Counted from the first letter of the stretch, positions 1 to 10,329 are shown. The stretch is DNA of 64,000 nucleotides from an uncultured Actinomycetes bacterium (GCA_963755025.1 CAVWIH010000034.1:96001-160000), one strand, 5' to 3'. Translations and numbers: made by a program. Notes: generated from the sequence alone by a model not told the origin.

Positions 1-1033
1 ACGCGCCGGCCGATCGAGCGGCGCGGTCGAGCTCGGCGAGCAGCTCGGCCTGGCGGTCGGCGGGCAGCAGCGAGCCCGTGATCGAGTGCCGGGCAAGCGC
101 GACCAGGTCGTCGCGCCCGAGGTGGAGCGCCGCGGCCACCGCCAGGTAGTTGTCGACCAGGTAGCCGCCGAAGTAGGCGGGGTCGTCGGAGTTGACCGTC
201 ACCGGCACGCCGGCGTCGAGCAGGCGCTTGAGCGGGTGGTCGGCGAGGTCGGCGACGACCCCCAGGCGCAGGTTCGACAGGGGGCACATGGTGAGGGCGA
301 TGCGGTCGCGGGCGAGGCGCGCCACGAGCGCCGCGTCGTCGATCGCCCGCACGCCGTGGTCGATGCGCGTCACGCGCAGCACGTCGAGCGCCTCGCTCAC
401 GTAGGCGGCGGGGCCCTCTTCGCCGGCGTGGGCCACGGCGATGAACCCGGCCGCGCGCGCCGCGGCGAAGACGTGGGCGAAGTCGCCCGGCGGGTGGCCC
501 ACCTCGGCCGAGTCGAGGCCCACGCCCACAATGCGGTCGCGATAGGCGCGCGCCTGCTCGAGCACCTCGAGGGCGCTGGCAGGGCTCTCGTCGCGCAGAA
601 AGCACATGATGAGCCGCGACGAGATGCCGAACTCGCGACGGCCTTCGTCGAGAGCCGCGCAGATGCCGGCGACGACCTCGTCGAAGGCCACGCCGCGCAC
701 GAGGTGGCTCTGTGGGTCGAAGAAGATCTCAACGTGGCGCGTGCCGTCGGCCGCCGCGCGGCGCAGGTAGGCCGCCGTGAGCTCGTAGAAGTCGCGCTCG
801 TGGAGCAGCACGGCCATGCCGCGGTAGTAGAGGTTGAGGAACGAGCGCAGGTCGGAGAAGCGGTAGGCGGCGCGCGCCTCGCCGGCGTTGGCGTAGGGCA
901 CCTGCACGCCGTTGCGCGCGCCCAGGTCGAGCATGAGCTCGGGCTCGAGGGTGCCCTCGATGTGCAGGTGGAGCTCGGTCTTGGGCAGTCCGCGCACGAA
1001 GCGCGCGAGGTCGGCTGCCGGTGAGGCGGCCAC
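1..1033 (-). CDS. add: adenine/adenosine deaminase (3' end runs off window)
   Basis: Manual translation from GTG at 1033 gives LPKTELHLHIEGTLEPE, AHAGEEG, RIDHGVR, CPLSN and VTVNSDDPAYFGG. It is absent from the ORF track because there is no stop in the window. Confidence 0.9.
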   Translation of the reverse strand, partial: MAASPAADLARFVRGLPKTELHLHIEGTLEPELMLDLGARNGVQVPYANAGEARAAYRFSDLRSFLNLYYRGMAVLLHERDFYELTAAYLRRAAADGTRHVEIFFDPQSHLVRGVAFDEVVAGICAALDEGRREFGISSRLIMCFLRDESPASALEVLEQARAYRDRIVGVGLDSAEVGHPPGDFAHVFAAARAAGFIAVAHAGEEGPAAYVSEALDVLRVTRIDHGVRAIDDAALVARLARDRIALTMCPLSNLRLGVVADLADHPLKRLLDAGVPVTVNSDDPAYFGGYLVDNYLAVAAALHLGRDDLVALARHSITGSLLPADRQAELLAELDRAARSAGA

Positions 1034-1035
1034 GG

Positions 1036-2215
1036 CTACTGGCTCCGGCCGCGTCCGGCCACGGCCCACAGGTCGATCAGCCGTCCGGCGCGCATGACGT
1101 GGAACTGGTCGTAGAGGTTGACGGTGGTGCAGCCGTGGCGCGGCACGAGGGCGATCTTGTCGCCCACGGCGAGGCCGCGCGCCGCGCCGCTCACGGCGAG
1201 CTCGCCGTGCTCTTCTGAGAAGTCGAGCCACCGCGCGCCGTCGACCAGCACGGCGGGGTCGCCGAACTCCGGGGTGACCGCCTTGAGGCCGGCGTCGATC
1301 ACCGCGCGGTCGGGCCGCGGGCGGCTGATGACCGTGGCGAGCACGGTGAGGGCGTTCTCGAAGTCGGCGCCGCCGACCGACCGGTACTGCGCGTCCATGG
1401 TGGCGTACGAGCCGCACTGCAGCTCGGTCATCCACGGCAGCCGGCCGGTCACCATGTGCGTGCCGGTGCCCCCGCCGCTGACCTCGGCGACCGCCAGGCC
1501 GCCGGCCTCGATCGCCTCTTTGGCGGCCAGGGCGAGGCGCAGGTCGTGCTCGGCGCGCGCCACGCGGTCGGCGAGCGGCGTCACGTTCTGCAGGTGGCCC
1601 TCGTAGGTCTGCAAGCCGCCGAACGTGAGGCCCGGCGACTCGGTGATGAGCCGGGCCAGCGCCAGCGCCGCCCGGCCGTCGGCCACGCCGCAGCGCGCCA
1701 TGCCTATGTCGACCTCGACATAACAGCGGATGCCGACGCCGGCCGCGGCCGCGGCCGGCGAGAGCTGGGCCACGTTGCCGGGATCGTCGACCGCCACGGT
1801 GAGCGCGCAGCGGCGCGCGAGCGCCACCAGGCGGGCGATCTTGATGGGCCCCGACGATCTCGTTGGCGATGAGGATGTCGGTGATGCCGCCGTCGGCCAG
1901 GGCCTCGGCCTCGCCGACCTTGGCGCAGGTGATGCCCACTGCGCCGGCGGCGAGCTGCAGGGCCGCGACCTGCACGCACTTGTGGGTCTTGGCGTGCGGC
2001 CGCAGCTTCGCCGGGCCGCCGGCGGCAAAGGCCGCCATGCGCGCCACGTTGCGCTCGAGCTTGTCGTGGTCGAGCAGCAGCGCTGGCGTGTCGATCTGGG
2101 CCGGGCCGACGCCCAGCGGGGCGCGGTAGGTCGGCGTGGCTGTGGCGCCGGGGGCGGCGGCCGGGCCGGCAAAGCTGGGGTGAGCGGTGTCGGGCGTGGG
2201 GTGGTCGGCGGACAT
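1036..2215 (-). CDS. DSD1/D-threonine aldolase-like PLP enzyme (alanine racemase fold), frameshifted near 1850
   Basis: IDTPALLLD and LRPHAKTHK lie in one frame. VEVDIGMARCGV, SGGGTGT, ELQCGSY, DAGLKA, SEEHG and PRHGCTTVNLYD lie in the next. Confidence 0.8.
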
Positions 2216-2508
2216 GCGGTGGAACCTCCGTGGCTGCTGGTCGCCAGCCTATCATCGCCGGCCGAGCGCGGCCTCCGCTTGCGCGCGCGGCGGCTCTTTT
2301 CGCATCTTCCCGGCGGGGGACGCCCGTGACCCCTCGGGTGGTAAGCCGGCCCGGCGGCTCACCCCGCCACGCGTGCGGCGGTCGCGCGAAGTTCCCCCCG
2401 CGGTTGACCCTGAGTTCCACCGCCGGGGCGACGCCGCGCGCCGCGCCCGTCGCTAGCCTTCACTCAGGAGCCCGAACGGGGTGAACGCCAGAGGAGTGGG
2501 GTGCGCAA

Positions 2509-4846
2509 ATGAAGCGAACGGCACGAAGGATCGGAAGAGCTGAGAGGCGCGAGGGGCGGTCGTTCACCGAACGCCTGGCGCGCGCCAGCGCCACCCACCC
2601 GTGGCGCACCATCACGGCCTGGCTTGCGCTGGTCGTGGTGGCGGTCGCCTCGATGGGCGCCCTGCTCTCAAGCGGCATCACCTCGAACACGGAGTTTCGC
2701 GGCACCAAGCCCGAGAGCGTGATCGGCCAGAAGCTGATCGAGGACCGCCTCACCGGCCCCGAGCGCATGACCGACTTCGTGATCGTCAGGTCGGCCACGC
2801 TCAAGGCCGGCGACCCCGCCTTCCGCAGCTATGTCGAGGGCATCGCCTCGCGCATCTCCGACCTGGGCCCCGCCGTCGTGCAGAACGTCACGACGCTCTA
2901 CACCACGCACGATGCGACGCTGCGCTCCCGCGATGGGCACGCGACGCTCATTCCCGTGGTCATGGCCGGTGACCAGGATACCGCCATGAAGAACGTCGCC
3001 AAGCTGCACGCCGTCGTGCTGGCGAGCGCCGGCCCCGGATTCACGCTCGCCCAGACCGGCGACGCCAGCCTCGAACCAGATGATCACCCAGGTGGCCAAG
3101 AGCGACCTCGAGCGGGCCGAGATCTTCGGCGTGCCCGCCGCGCTCGTCGTGCTGGTCATCGTGTTCGGCGCGCTGGTGGCGGCCGGCCTGCCGCTGCTGC
3201 TCAGCATCGTCAGCATCGTGCTGGCGCTCACCATCACCGGGCTCATCGGCCAGATCTACCCCATGAACACCTTCGTGCTCAACATCCTCACGATGATGGG
3301 CCTGGCGGTGGGCATCGACTACACGCTGTTCGTGATCAGCCGCTACCGCGAGGAGCGCGCCCGCGGCCTGGCCAAGGTCGACGCCATCGCGGCCACCGGC
3401 GCCACCGCCAACCGCGCCATCTTCTTCAGCGGCATGACCGTCTTTCTGGCCATGCTCGGCATGGTCATCGTGCCGCTCGACGTCACCATCAGCATGGGGC
3501 TGGGCGTCATGCTGGTCGTCTTCACCACGCTGCTCACCACGCTGATGCTGCTGCCGGCGCTGCTCGGCCTGCTGGGCGACCGCGTGAACGCCCTGCGCGT
3601 GCCGGTCTTCGGGCGCCTGGCCATGAACCGCGCACGGGGCCGGTCGGGCCTGTTCGAGCGGCTGGCGCACAGCATCATGCGCCGTCCGGTCGTCTGGCTG
3701 ACCGTCGCCGTCGTCGCGCTGCTCGCCCTGGCCGCGCCGGTGCTCGCCATGAAGACCGGCAACACCAACATGACGGCGCGCTACCTGCCCGCCGACCAGT
3801 ACTCCAAGCAGGGCTGGGACCTGCTCGGCCGCGAGTTCTCGCTGGGCAAGGCCAACCCGCTGCAGATCGTGATCGACGGGCCGGCCGCGGCGCCCGGGGT
3901 GAAGCACGGCGTGGCGCGCCTCGAAGCGGCCCTGCGCAGCGACGGCCGCTTCGGCCCCGCGCAGACGGTCGTCGACAAGGCGGGCGACCTGACGCTCGTG
4001 ACCACCAGCCTCACCGGCGACCCGGCAGGCGACGCCACGCAGGCGCTCGTGAAGCACGTGCGCACGGCCCTCGTGCCGGCCGCCTTCGCCGGCGCGCCGG
4101 CGAAGGTCTACGTCTCGGGTAACACCGCCTTCGTCGTCGACTACCTGGCCTTCTTCCACCGCTGGCTGCCGATCGCCCTGACCGTGGTGCTCTCGCTGTC
4201 GTTCGTGCTGCTGCTCGTGGCCTTCCGCTCCATCGTCATCCCGGCCAAGGCGATCGCCATGAACCTGCTCTCGGTGGGCGCTTCGTACGGCCTCATGGTG
4301 CTCGTCTTTCAGAAGGGCGTCGGCGCGCACCTGCTCGGACTGACCCGCGTCGACACGATCGAGGCGTGGGTGCCGCTGTTCCTCTTCAGCCTGCTGTTCG
4401 GCCTCTCGATGGACTACCAGGTCTTTCTGCTCAGCCGTATCAAGGAGCGTTTCGACCACACAGGCGACACCCGCGAGGCGGTGGCCTACGGCGTCGGGCG
4501 CACGGCCAGCATCATCACCGGCGCCGCCGCCATCATGGTCTGCGTCTTTGCCGGCATGGCCGGCGGCCAGCTCGTCATGTTCCAGCAGATGGGCTTCGGC
4601 CTCGCGGTCGCGGTGCTGATCGACGCCACGGTGGTGCGCACCATCATCGTGCCGGCCGCCATGGAGCTGCTCGGCGACTGGAACTGGTACCTGCCGCGCT
4701 GGCTCGAGTGGCTGCCCAACGTGAGCGTCGAGGGTCGGGCCGGAGAGCCGGCGCCACGCGCCGAAGGCTCCGCCGGCGAGCCGGCGCCACACGCCGAGGA
4801 GCGCCTGCTGCCCGGCCGCGGCACGGCGGCGGCCGCCGGCCGGTAA
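2509..4846 (+). CDS. MMPL-family (RND-type) membrane transporter, frameshifted near 3073
   Basis: ORFs 2509 and 3080 join. Motifs GLAVGIDYTLFVISRYREE and FGLSMDYQVFLLSRIKE. Confidence 0.85.
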
Positions 4847-5018
4847 CGCCCTCACGCAGACCTTCTCGGGGACCCCACTCCTCGAGTCCGGGGGCGGCGG
4901 CGCGCAGCGCCGCCGCCCCCTTCGCCCAGTCGTGCCGGCCCTCTGCGTTTGCGTCGCCCGCCTCACGCGCCCGCTCACAACCTTGCGGCGCGCGGGCGCA
5001 GCGGGTAGAACGGGGCGC

Positions 5019-5705
5019 ATGAGATTGCTCGTGGTCGAAGACGCCGAGAAGCTCGCCCGCACCCTCAAGCGCGGCCTCGAACAGGAAGGCTACGCCGTCG
5101 ACACGCTGGGCGACGGCCGCCTCGCGCAGGCGCGCCTGCGCAGCCGCGCCGACGAGTACGACCTCGTGCTGCTCGACGTCATGCTGCCCGGCGTCGACGG
5201 CTTCGCCATCTGCCGCGACCTGCGCGACCGCGGCCTGAGCGTGCCGGTCCTCATGCTCACCGCACGCGACACGACTGACGACAAGGTGACCGGCCTCGAC
5301 AGCGGCGCCGACGACTACCTGGTCAAGCCGTTCGCCTTCGAGGAGCTGCTCGCCCGGGTGCGCACCCTGCTGCGGCGGCCGCGCGCCGCGCTGCCCGCGG
5401 CACTCGTGGCCGGCGACCTCGTGCTCGACCCGGTGTCGCGGACGGCACGCCGCGGCGCGACCGAGCTCGAGCTCACCACCAAGGAGTTCGCCCTGCTCGA
5501 GCTCCTCATGCGCCACCCCGGCGAGGTGCTCAGCCGCGAGCGTATCCTCGATCACGTCTGGGACGACGAGTACGACGCCTCGAGCAACGTGATCGACGTG
5601 CACCTGAAGAACCTGCGACGCAAGGTCGACGGCGCCGACGGACCGAGCCTCTTTCGCACAGTGCGCGGCGTCGGCTACTCGCTGCGGGCGCAGGACCCGG
5701 CGTGA
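5019..5705 (+). CDS. OmpR-family response regulator
   Basis: MRLLVVED, LLDVMLPG, GADDYLVKPF, FRTVRGVGY. Confidence 0.95.
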   Translation: MRLLVVEDAEKLARTLKRGLEQEGYAVDTLGDGRLAQARLRSRADEYDLVLLDVMLPGVDGFAICRDLRDRGLSVPVLMLTARDTTDDKVTGLDSGADDYLVKPFAFEELLARVRTLLRRPRAALPAALVAGDLVLDPVSRTARRGATELELTTKEFALLELLMRHPGEVLSRERILDHVWDDEYDASSNVIDVHLKNLRRKVDGADGPSLFRTVRGVGYSLRAQDPA

Positions 5706-6721
5706 CCCCGGCCGCCGCCCCCGACGTCTTCGGTCGGGCGACGACGCGCCTCGTGGCGCTCTTCACGGCCATCGTCGTGCTGCTCGTCGTCGCCTCGGGC
5801 GTGTTCATGTACCTGACCGTCAAGTCGAACATCTCCGACGTGGCTCAGGGCCGCGGCGGCGAGGGCGAGAACGCGCTCGAGACAGAGCGGGCCTCGCGCT
5901 CGGTCAGCCGGCTGGGGTGGCAGCTCGTCGCGCTCGACGGTGCGATCATCGTGGCGGTCGGCGCCCTGGGCTACTGGTACGCGCGTCGCACCCTGCACCC
6001 CATCCGCGAGCTGTACGGCGCCCAGAAGCGTTTCGTCGCCGACGCCTCGCACGAGCTGCGCACGCCGCTCGCCATCATGAAGGCCGACTTCGAGGTGGCG
6101 TTGCGCAGCGAGCGCGACGACGCCCCCGGCGGGCAGCGCTCCGACGAGCTGGGCGAGGCGGTGACGAGCGGCCTCGAAGAGGTCGATCGCATGAGCGCCA
6201 TCGTCGACGACCTGCTCACGCTGTCGCGCATCGACGCCCACCAGGAGGAGTTGCGTTTCGCGGCTGTCGACCTCACGGCGCTCGTGCGCGACACGACCGA
6301 GGCCCTGCGCACGATCGGCGACGGGGCGTGCGTGGCGCTGGCGGTGACGGCGCCGCAAGGCGCCGTCACCGCCAGCGCCGACGCCGCCCACCTCGAGCGC
6401 GCGCTGCGCAACGTGGTGCGCAACGCCATCGAGCACTCGCCGCCGGGAGCCAGCGTGGGCGTCGCCCTGACCGCCACCCCCGACGAAGCCGCGGTGCGCG
6501 TGACCGACCAGGGAGCGGGCATCGCGGCGGCCGACATGGAGCACGTCTTCGACCGCTTCTACCGGGGCGACTCACCGCGCTCGCGCGAGGGCGGCAGCGG
6601 CCTTGGCCTGGCCATCGCCCGCTGGATCGTCGAGCGCCACGGCGGCCGTATCACGGCGAGCAGCACGCCGGGACAAGGCACCACGATGGCCCTGCACCTG
6701 CCCTTGGCCGGTCCGCGCTGA
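5702..6721 (+). CDS. sensor histidine kinase
   Basis: Two TM helices, H-box DASHELRTPL, FDRFYRGD and GGSGLGLAIA. Overlaps the regulator stop. Confidence 0.93.
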   Translation: MTPAAAPDVFGRATTRLVALFTAIVVLLVVASGVFMYLTVKSNISDVAQGRGGEGENALETERASRSVSRLGWQLVALDGAIIVAVGALGYWYARRTLHPIRELYGAQKRFVADASHELRTPLAIMKADFEVALRSERDDAPGGQRSDELGEAVTSGLEEVDRMSAIVDDLLTLSRIDAHQEELRFAAVDLTALVRDTTEALRTIGDGACVALAVTAPQGAVTASADAAHLERALRNVVRNAIEHSPPGASVGVALTATPDEAAVRVTDQGAGIAAADMEHVFDRFYRGDSPRSREGGSGLGLAIARWIVERHGGRITASSTPGQGTTMALHLPLAGPR

Positions 6722-6776
6722 CGGGGCGACGGCCGGTCCGCGCCGGCGCGGCGAACCCCGCGCCGCCTCGGCGCCG

Positions 6777-6865
6777 GGCGACCGCGACCGCCCACCCGCG
6801 AACGCCGCGCGCCACTCAGGCGACCGCGACCGCCCACCCGCGAACGCCGCGCGCCCTCAGGCGAC
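6777..6865. repeat. ~42 bp tandem duplication (2 copies) between convergent genes
   Basis: GGCGACCGCGACCGCCCACCCGCGAACGCCGCGCGCC(A)CTCA occurs twice. Confidence 0.85.
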
Positions 6866-7966
6866 GTCGATGGTGAGCTGGCTCGCTCCGCCGCTCATGC
6901 GCACGTCGAAGCTGTTCTGAGCCGTGCCGTAGTCGGGCGACTCTATGCGGGCGCCGCGGCCCATCGAGGCCTGCTCCTTGCCGTCGAAGACGAGCTGGCT
7001 GGCGCCGCCCGTGACCTGGGCGGCCAGGGCGCAGCCGGCCGGCCTGTGCAGCCGCACGTTGCTGGCGCCGCCCGAGACGCGCACCGGCACGGCGCCCACG
7101 GCGAGCGGCAGCCAGATCTCGACGTCGCTGGCCCCGCCGCCCACCTCGAGCGAGCGCAGCGTGAGACCGCGCAGATCGCAGACGAGCTTCCACATGCCGC
7201 CCTTCATGGAGATCTCCCAGGGCACGGCGGGGTTCAGCGCGATGGTCGACTTGGCCACCCGCCAGTCGAAGGGCAGCAGGTGCCGCCGGTGACCTATCGT
7301 CACCGTGCCGCCGTCGACGCTGATCTCGGGCACGCTGCCCTTGAACTCGCCGCGGTAGAGGGTGGTCAGCGAGGCGTCGACGCCGATCTTCGCCTTGGCG
7401 GCGCCCTTGATGAACTCGAGCCTGCCGAGCGACACGCCGTTGAGCGGGGCCGTGAACTGTCCGTCCGCCGGCGGGGCGGTGGCCGCCGTGTCGGGGGCGG
7501 GCGGCGGGGGAGAGGCGATGCCGCGCAGCAGCTCCTCGTAGAACTCGCGGATGCCGTGCAGGTAGTCGCGGATGACGGCCACGGCGCCGGGCTCGATCTG
7601 CTCGAGCTGCGCGCGGCCGGCGAGCTCGACCTCGCCGTACACGCGCGCCCCCAGCTCGCGGGTGGCGACGGTCGAGGTGACCATCACGCGGCGCCGGTCG
7701 CTGGGGTCGGCGACGCGGTTGGCGTAGCCGTTGCGCTCCATGCGGTCGAGCACGGTGGTGATGGCGCCCGGGGTGAGGCCGCTCTCTTCGGCAAGCTCGC
7801 CGGCGGTCACGCGGCCGCGGCGGTAGAGGATGCCGATGCAGCGCAGGTCGGTGCGGTTCAGGCCGGATTGCGCGGCGACCGCCTCGTCCAAGCGGTCGGC
7901 GGTGCGGCGCAGCTCGCCGAGCTCCGTGCCTACTTCGTCGATCAATCTGTCGTGGTCGTCTGCCAT
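6857..7966 (-). CDS. MarR-family regulator fused to a C-terminal beta-repeat (DUF4097/LiaF-like) domain
   Basis: N-terminal wHTH (GLNRTDLRC, GLTPGAITTVLDRMERNGY, DRRRV). C-terminal region has repeated (S/T)GGAS-x-V/L-x-I/L units. Confidence 0.75.
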   Translation of the reverse strand: MADDHDRLIDEVGTELGELRRTADRLDEAVAAQSGLNRTDLRCIGILYRRGRVTAGELAEESGLTPGAITTVLDRMERNGYANRVADPSDRRRVMVTSTVATRELGARVYGEVELAGRAQLEQIEPGAVAVIRDYLHGIREFYEELLRGIASPPPPAPDTAATAPPADGQFTAPLNGVSLGRLEFIKGAAKAKIGVDASLTTLYRGEFKGSVPEISVDGGTVTIGHRRHLLPFDWRVAKSTIALNPAVPWEISMKGGMWKLVCDLRGLTLRSLEVGGGASDVEIWLPLAVGAVPVRVSGGASNVRLHRPAGCALAAQVTGGASQLVFDGKEQASMGRGARIESPDYGTAQNSFDVRMSGGASQLTIDVA

Positions 7967-8087
7967 GTCTCGCCTCGCTGCCGGAAAGAACTGCCGCACG
8001 CGCGGCCTTCGTGAGCTTTCCTGATCTCGTCGTGCCGGTGAGCTAGTTCGCCCGCCGACGGTTGTTTCCTTGCCAGATAATATACCA

Positions 8088-8129
8088 CAAACAAATTGTT
8101 TGACACTCGAAATATCGTGGCAGTAAACT
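8088..8129 (+). promoter_or_regulatory. sigma70-like promoter with overlapping inverted repeat (probable MarR operator)
   Basis: TTGACA at 8100-8105, 18 nt spacer, TAAACT at 8124-8129. Inverted repeat CAAACA-AAT-TGTTTG at 8088-8102, in an AT-rich divergent intergenic region. Confidence 0.6.
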
Positions 8130-8208
8130 GCTGCTGTTCTGAAATGCCTCCACGGCGCGACACGCAAGCTCGCGACCCGACGAGGGCTCCGACAAGGCGG
8201 TAGTTTCC

Positions 8209-9189
8209 ATGACTGAGATGGCGATCGAGGCAACGGGCCTCGTGAAGACGTACCCCAAGGGGGTGAAGGCGCTCGCCGGAGTGAGCTTCGGCGTCGCCCC
8301 CGGCAGCGTGTTCGGCCTGGTCGGGCCCAACGGCGCCGGCAAGTCGACCACGGTGAAGATCCTGACGACCCTCTCGCGGCCCGACAGCGGCGCCGCCGAG
8401 GTGGCCGGCATCGACGTGCTGCGCCGCCCCGACGACGTGCGCCGCGCGATCGGCTGCGTCGCCCAGAAGTCGGGCGTCGACGTGCAGGCGACGGGGCGCG
8501 AGAACCTGCTGCTCCAGGGCCGCCTGTACGGCATGAGCGGGCGCGCGCTCGACCAGCGGGTCGAGGCCATGCTCGGCCGCTTCGGCCTGGCCGACGCGGC
8601 GCGCCGGGTCACGCGCACCTACTCGGGCGGCATGCAGCGCAAGCTCGACGTCGCCATGGGCCTGATCCATAGTCCCCGGGTCCTGTTCCTGGACGAGCCC
8701 ACGACCGGCCTCGACCCCGAGGCGCGGGCCGACATGTGGAGCGAGATCGAGCGGCTGGCCGACGAGGAAGGCCTCACCATCCTGCTCACCACGCACTACC
8801 TCGAAGAGGCCGACAGGCTGGCGCACAGCCTGGCGATCGTCGACCGGGGCAGGATCGTGGCGCACGGCGCCCCGGAGGACCTGAAGAGCGAGCTGCACGG
8901 CGACGCCGTGCACATCGAGCTCGACGCGGTCGAGACCAACGGTCACGTGGCCGCGGCGCTCGCCGACCTGGGCGACGTGCGCGACGTCGTCGTCGAGCAG
9001 GGCCGCCTGTTGCACGCGCGAGCCGACAACGGCGCCCGCGCCGTGCCCGTCATGCTGCAGGCCCTCGAGGCGCGCGGCGTGTCGGTCGTCGCCGTCACGG
9101 TCGCGCGCCCCTCGCTCGACGACGTCTATCTGAAGTACACAGGCCGCCGGTTCGAAGAGGCCGACGCGACCCCCGAGGTGACCCGATGA
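8209..9189 (+). CDS. ABC-2 exporter ATP-binding subunit (DrrA-like)
   Basis: GPNGAGKST, YSGGMQRKL, LFLDEPTTGLDP, TTHYLEEAD. Confidence 0.93.
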   Translation: MTEMAIEATGLVKTYPKGVKALAGVSFGVAPGSVFGLVGPNGAGKSTTVKILTTLSRPDSGAAEVAGIDVLRRPDDVRRAIGCVAQKSGVDVQATGRENLLLQGRLYGMSGRALDQRVEAMLGRFGLADAARRVTRTYSGGMQRKLDVAMGLIHSPRVLFLDEPTTGLDPEARADMWSEIERLADEEGLTILLTTHYLEEADRLAHSLAIVDRGRIVAHGAPEDLKSELHGDAVHIELDAVETNGHVAAALADLGDVRDVVVEQGRLLHARADNGARAVPVMLQALEARGVSVVAVTVARPSLDDVYLKYTGRRFEEADATPEVTR

Positions 9190-9959
9190 CAGCCCTGCGA
9201 CACACGTACCATCTCACCGTCCGCCAGGTGCGCAACTTTCTGCGCCAGCCCTGGTTCGTGGCGCTCTCGCTGTTCCAGCCCATCATCTACCTGCTGCTCT
9301 TCGGCGCCCTGTTCAAGAAGGTCGTCGAGATCCCCGGGTTCAGCACCGACTCCTACGTCTCGTTCCTCACTCCCGGCATCGTCGTCATGAGCGCCATGTT
9401 CGCCGGTGGCTGGAGCGGCATGGGCCTGATCGACGACCTCGACCGCGGCGTCATGGACCGCTTTCTGGTGGCCCCCACGAGCCGCGGCGCGATCATGCTC
9501 GGCCGCGTCACGCCGCAGGTGCTCACGATCCTCATTCAGACGCTCATCATCGTGGGCCTGGCGCTGGCCGTGGGCGGGCGGTTCGGCGGCGGCGTGGCCG
9601 GCGCGGTCATGCTGATCGTCGTCTCGACCCTGCTGTCGATCGGCGTCGCGTCGTTGTCGAACGGCATCGCGCTGCTGCTGCGCAAGGAAGAGTCGGTGAT
9701 CGCCGCCGTCAACATGGTCCTGTTGCCGCTGATCTTCCTGTCGTCGGCCTTCCTGCAGCAGAACCTGGCGCCGCAGTGGATCCAGGACATCGCCCGCTAC
9801 AACCCGGCCGACTGGGCGATCGAGGCGGGCCGCACCGCCCTCTCGAGTAACGCCACGGCGCACACGGTGCTCACGCACACGCTCTACCTGGCCGTCTTTG
9901 CCGTGGTCTGCACGTTCCTCGCCACGCGCGCGTTCCGCTCCTACCAGAGCTCCGTCTGA
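9186..9959 (+). CDS. ABC-2 exporter permease (DrrB-like)
   Basis: Six TM helices and PQWIQDIARYNP. ATG overlaps the upstream stop. Confidence 0.9.
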   Translation: MTALRHTYHLTVRQVRNFLRQPWFVALSLFQPIIYLLLFGALFKKVVEIPGFSTDSYVSFLTPGIVVMSAMFAGGWSGMGLIDDLDRGVMDRFLVAPTSRGAIMLGRVTPQVLTILIQTLIIVGLALAVGGRFGGGVAGAVMLIVVSTLLSIGVASLSNGIALLLRKEESVIAAVNMVLLPLIFLSSAFLQQNLAPQWIQDIARYNPADWAIEAGRTALSSNATAHTVLTHTLYLAVFAVVCTFLATRAFRSYQSSV

Positions 9960-9968
9960 GCCGCGGGC

Positions 9969-10005
9969 CGGGCCGGCCGCGGCGCCCGGCGCCGCGGCCG
10001 GCCCG
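9969..10005. terminator. GC-rich perfect inverted repeat after the ABC-2 operon
   Basis: 18 bp arms CGGGCCGGCCGCGGCGCC / GGCGCCGCGGCCGGCCCG. Confidence 0.6.
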
Positions 10006-10052
10006 CCAACGGCGCCCAACGCTTGCCGCGTGGGGCCCGAGGGTATGATGCC

Positions 10053-10187
10053 GGCGAGCGAGAGCTCGGTCGTGTGCGGGATGAAGGTCTTCGGGTCGTA
10101 AACCGCTGTGGGGAGGTGACTCCTCCAAAGAAAGCTCCATGCTCGCGCGCAAGTGCGGGGGAGCTACCGCGCCGGCTTTCGCTCGTT
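10053..10187 (+). ncRNA. candidate structured ncRNA resembling the 16S rRNA h16-h17-h18 junction
   Basis: ~20 bp closing stem (10053-10074 with 10168-10187). h16-like GCGGGATGAAGGTCTTCGGGTCGTAAACCGC with a UUCG loop, plus two GNRA-capped hairpins. -10-like TATGAT at 10044-10049 and a terminator directly after. Confidence 0.75.
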
Positions 10188-10190
10188 TCG

Positions 10191-10214
10191 CGCGGCCCTT
10201 CGGGGCCGCGTTTT
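10191..10214 (+). terminator. intrinsic terminator of the candidate ncRNA
   Basis: CGCGGCCC-TTCG-GGGCCGCG followed by TTTT. Confidence 0.85.
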
Positions 10215-10242
10215 CGTTGGGGATTGCGGAACAGGCCGTTGC

Positions 10243-10325
10243 CCTCACAGCCCTGAACGGGTCGCTGAGCTCACAGTTTTGGGCAGTCCGCCGAGCTCAC
10301 GGCTTTGGGCAGGCCGCTGAAGCTC
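10243..10325. repeat. degenerate ~26 bp tandem repeat (2-3 copies)
   Basis: CGCTGAGCTCACAGTTTTGGGCAGTC / CGCCGAGCTCACGGCTTTGGGCAGGC / CGCTGAAGCTC. Confidence 0.6.
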
Positions 10326-10329
10326 CGGG

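Noticed and set aside
86-1024. Long ORFs antisense or off-frame to real genes (e.g. 86-1024+, 3041-5068-, 12781-15402-, 14538-16697+, 33708-36416-, 60814-62733+)
   Set aside because: These are R/A/G/P-rich shadow ORFs expected at very high GC. They have no motifs and overlap well-supported genes.
6777-6865. 42-bp duplication as an att site or target-site duplication
   Set aside because: The copies are adjacent with nothing between them, and there is no integrase or transposase in the window.
10053-10187. A true rRNA gene, tRNA-Pyl (pylT), 6S or SRP RNA
   Set aside because: Only ~100 nt resemble 16S, with truncated helices. There is no cloverleaf or CUA anticodon, no 6S-type central bubble and no SRP GGAA-loop motif.
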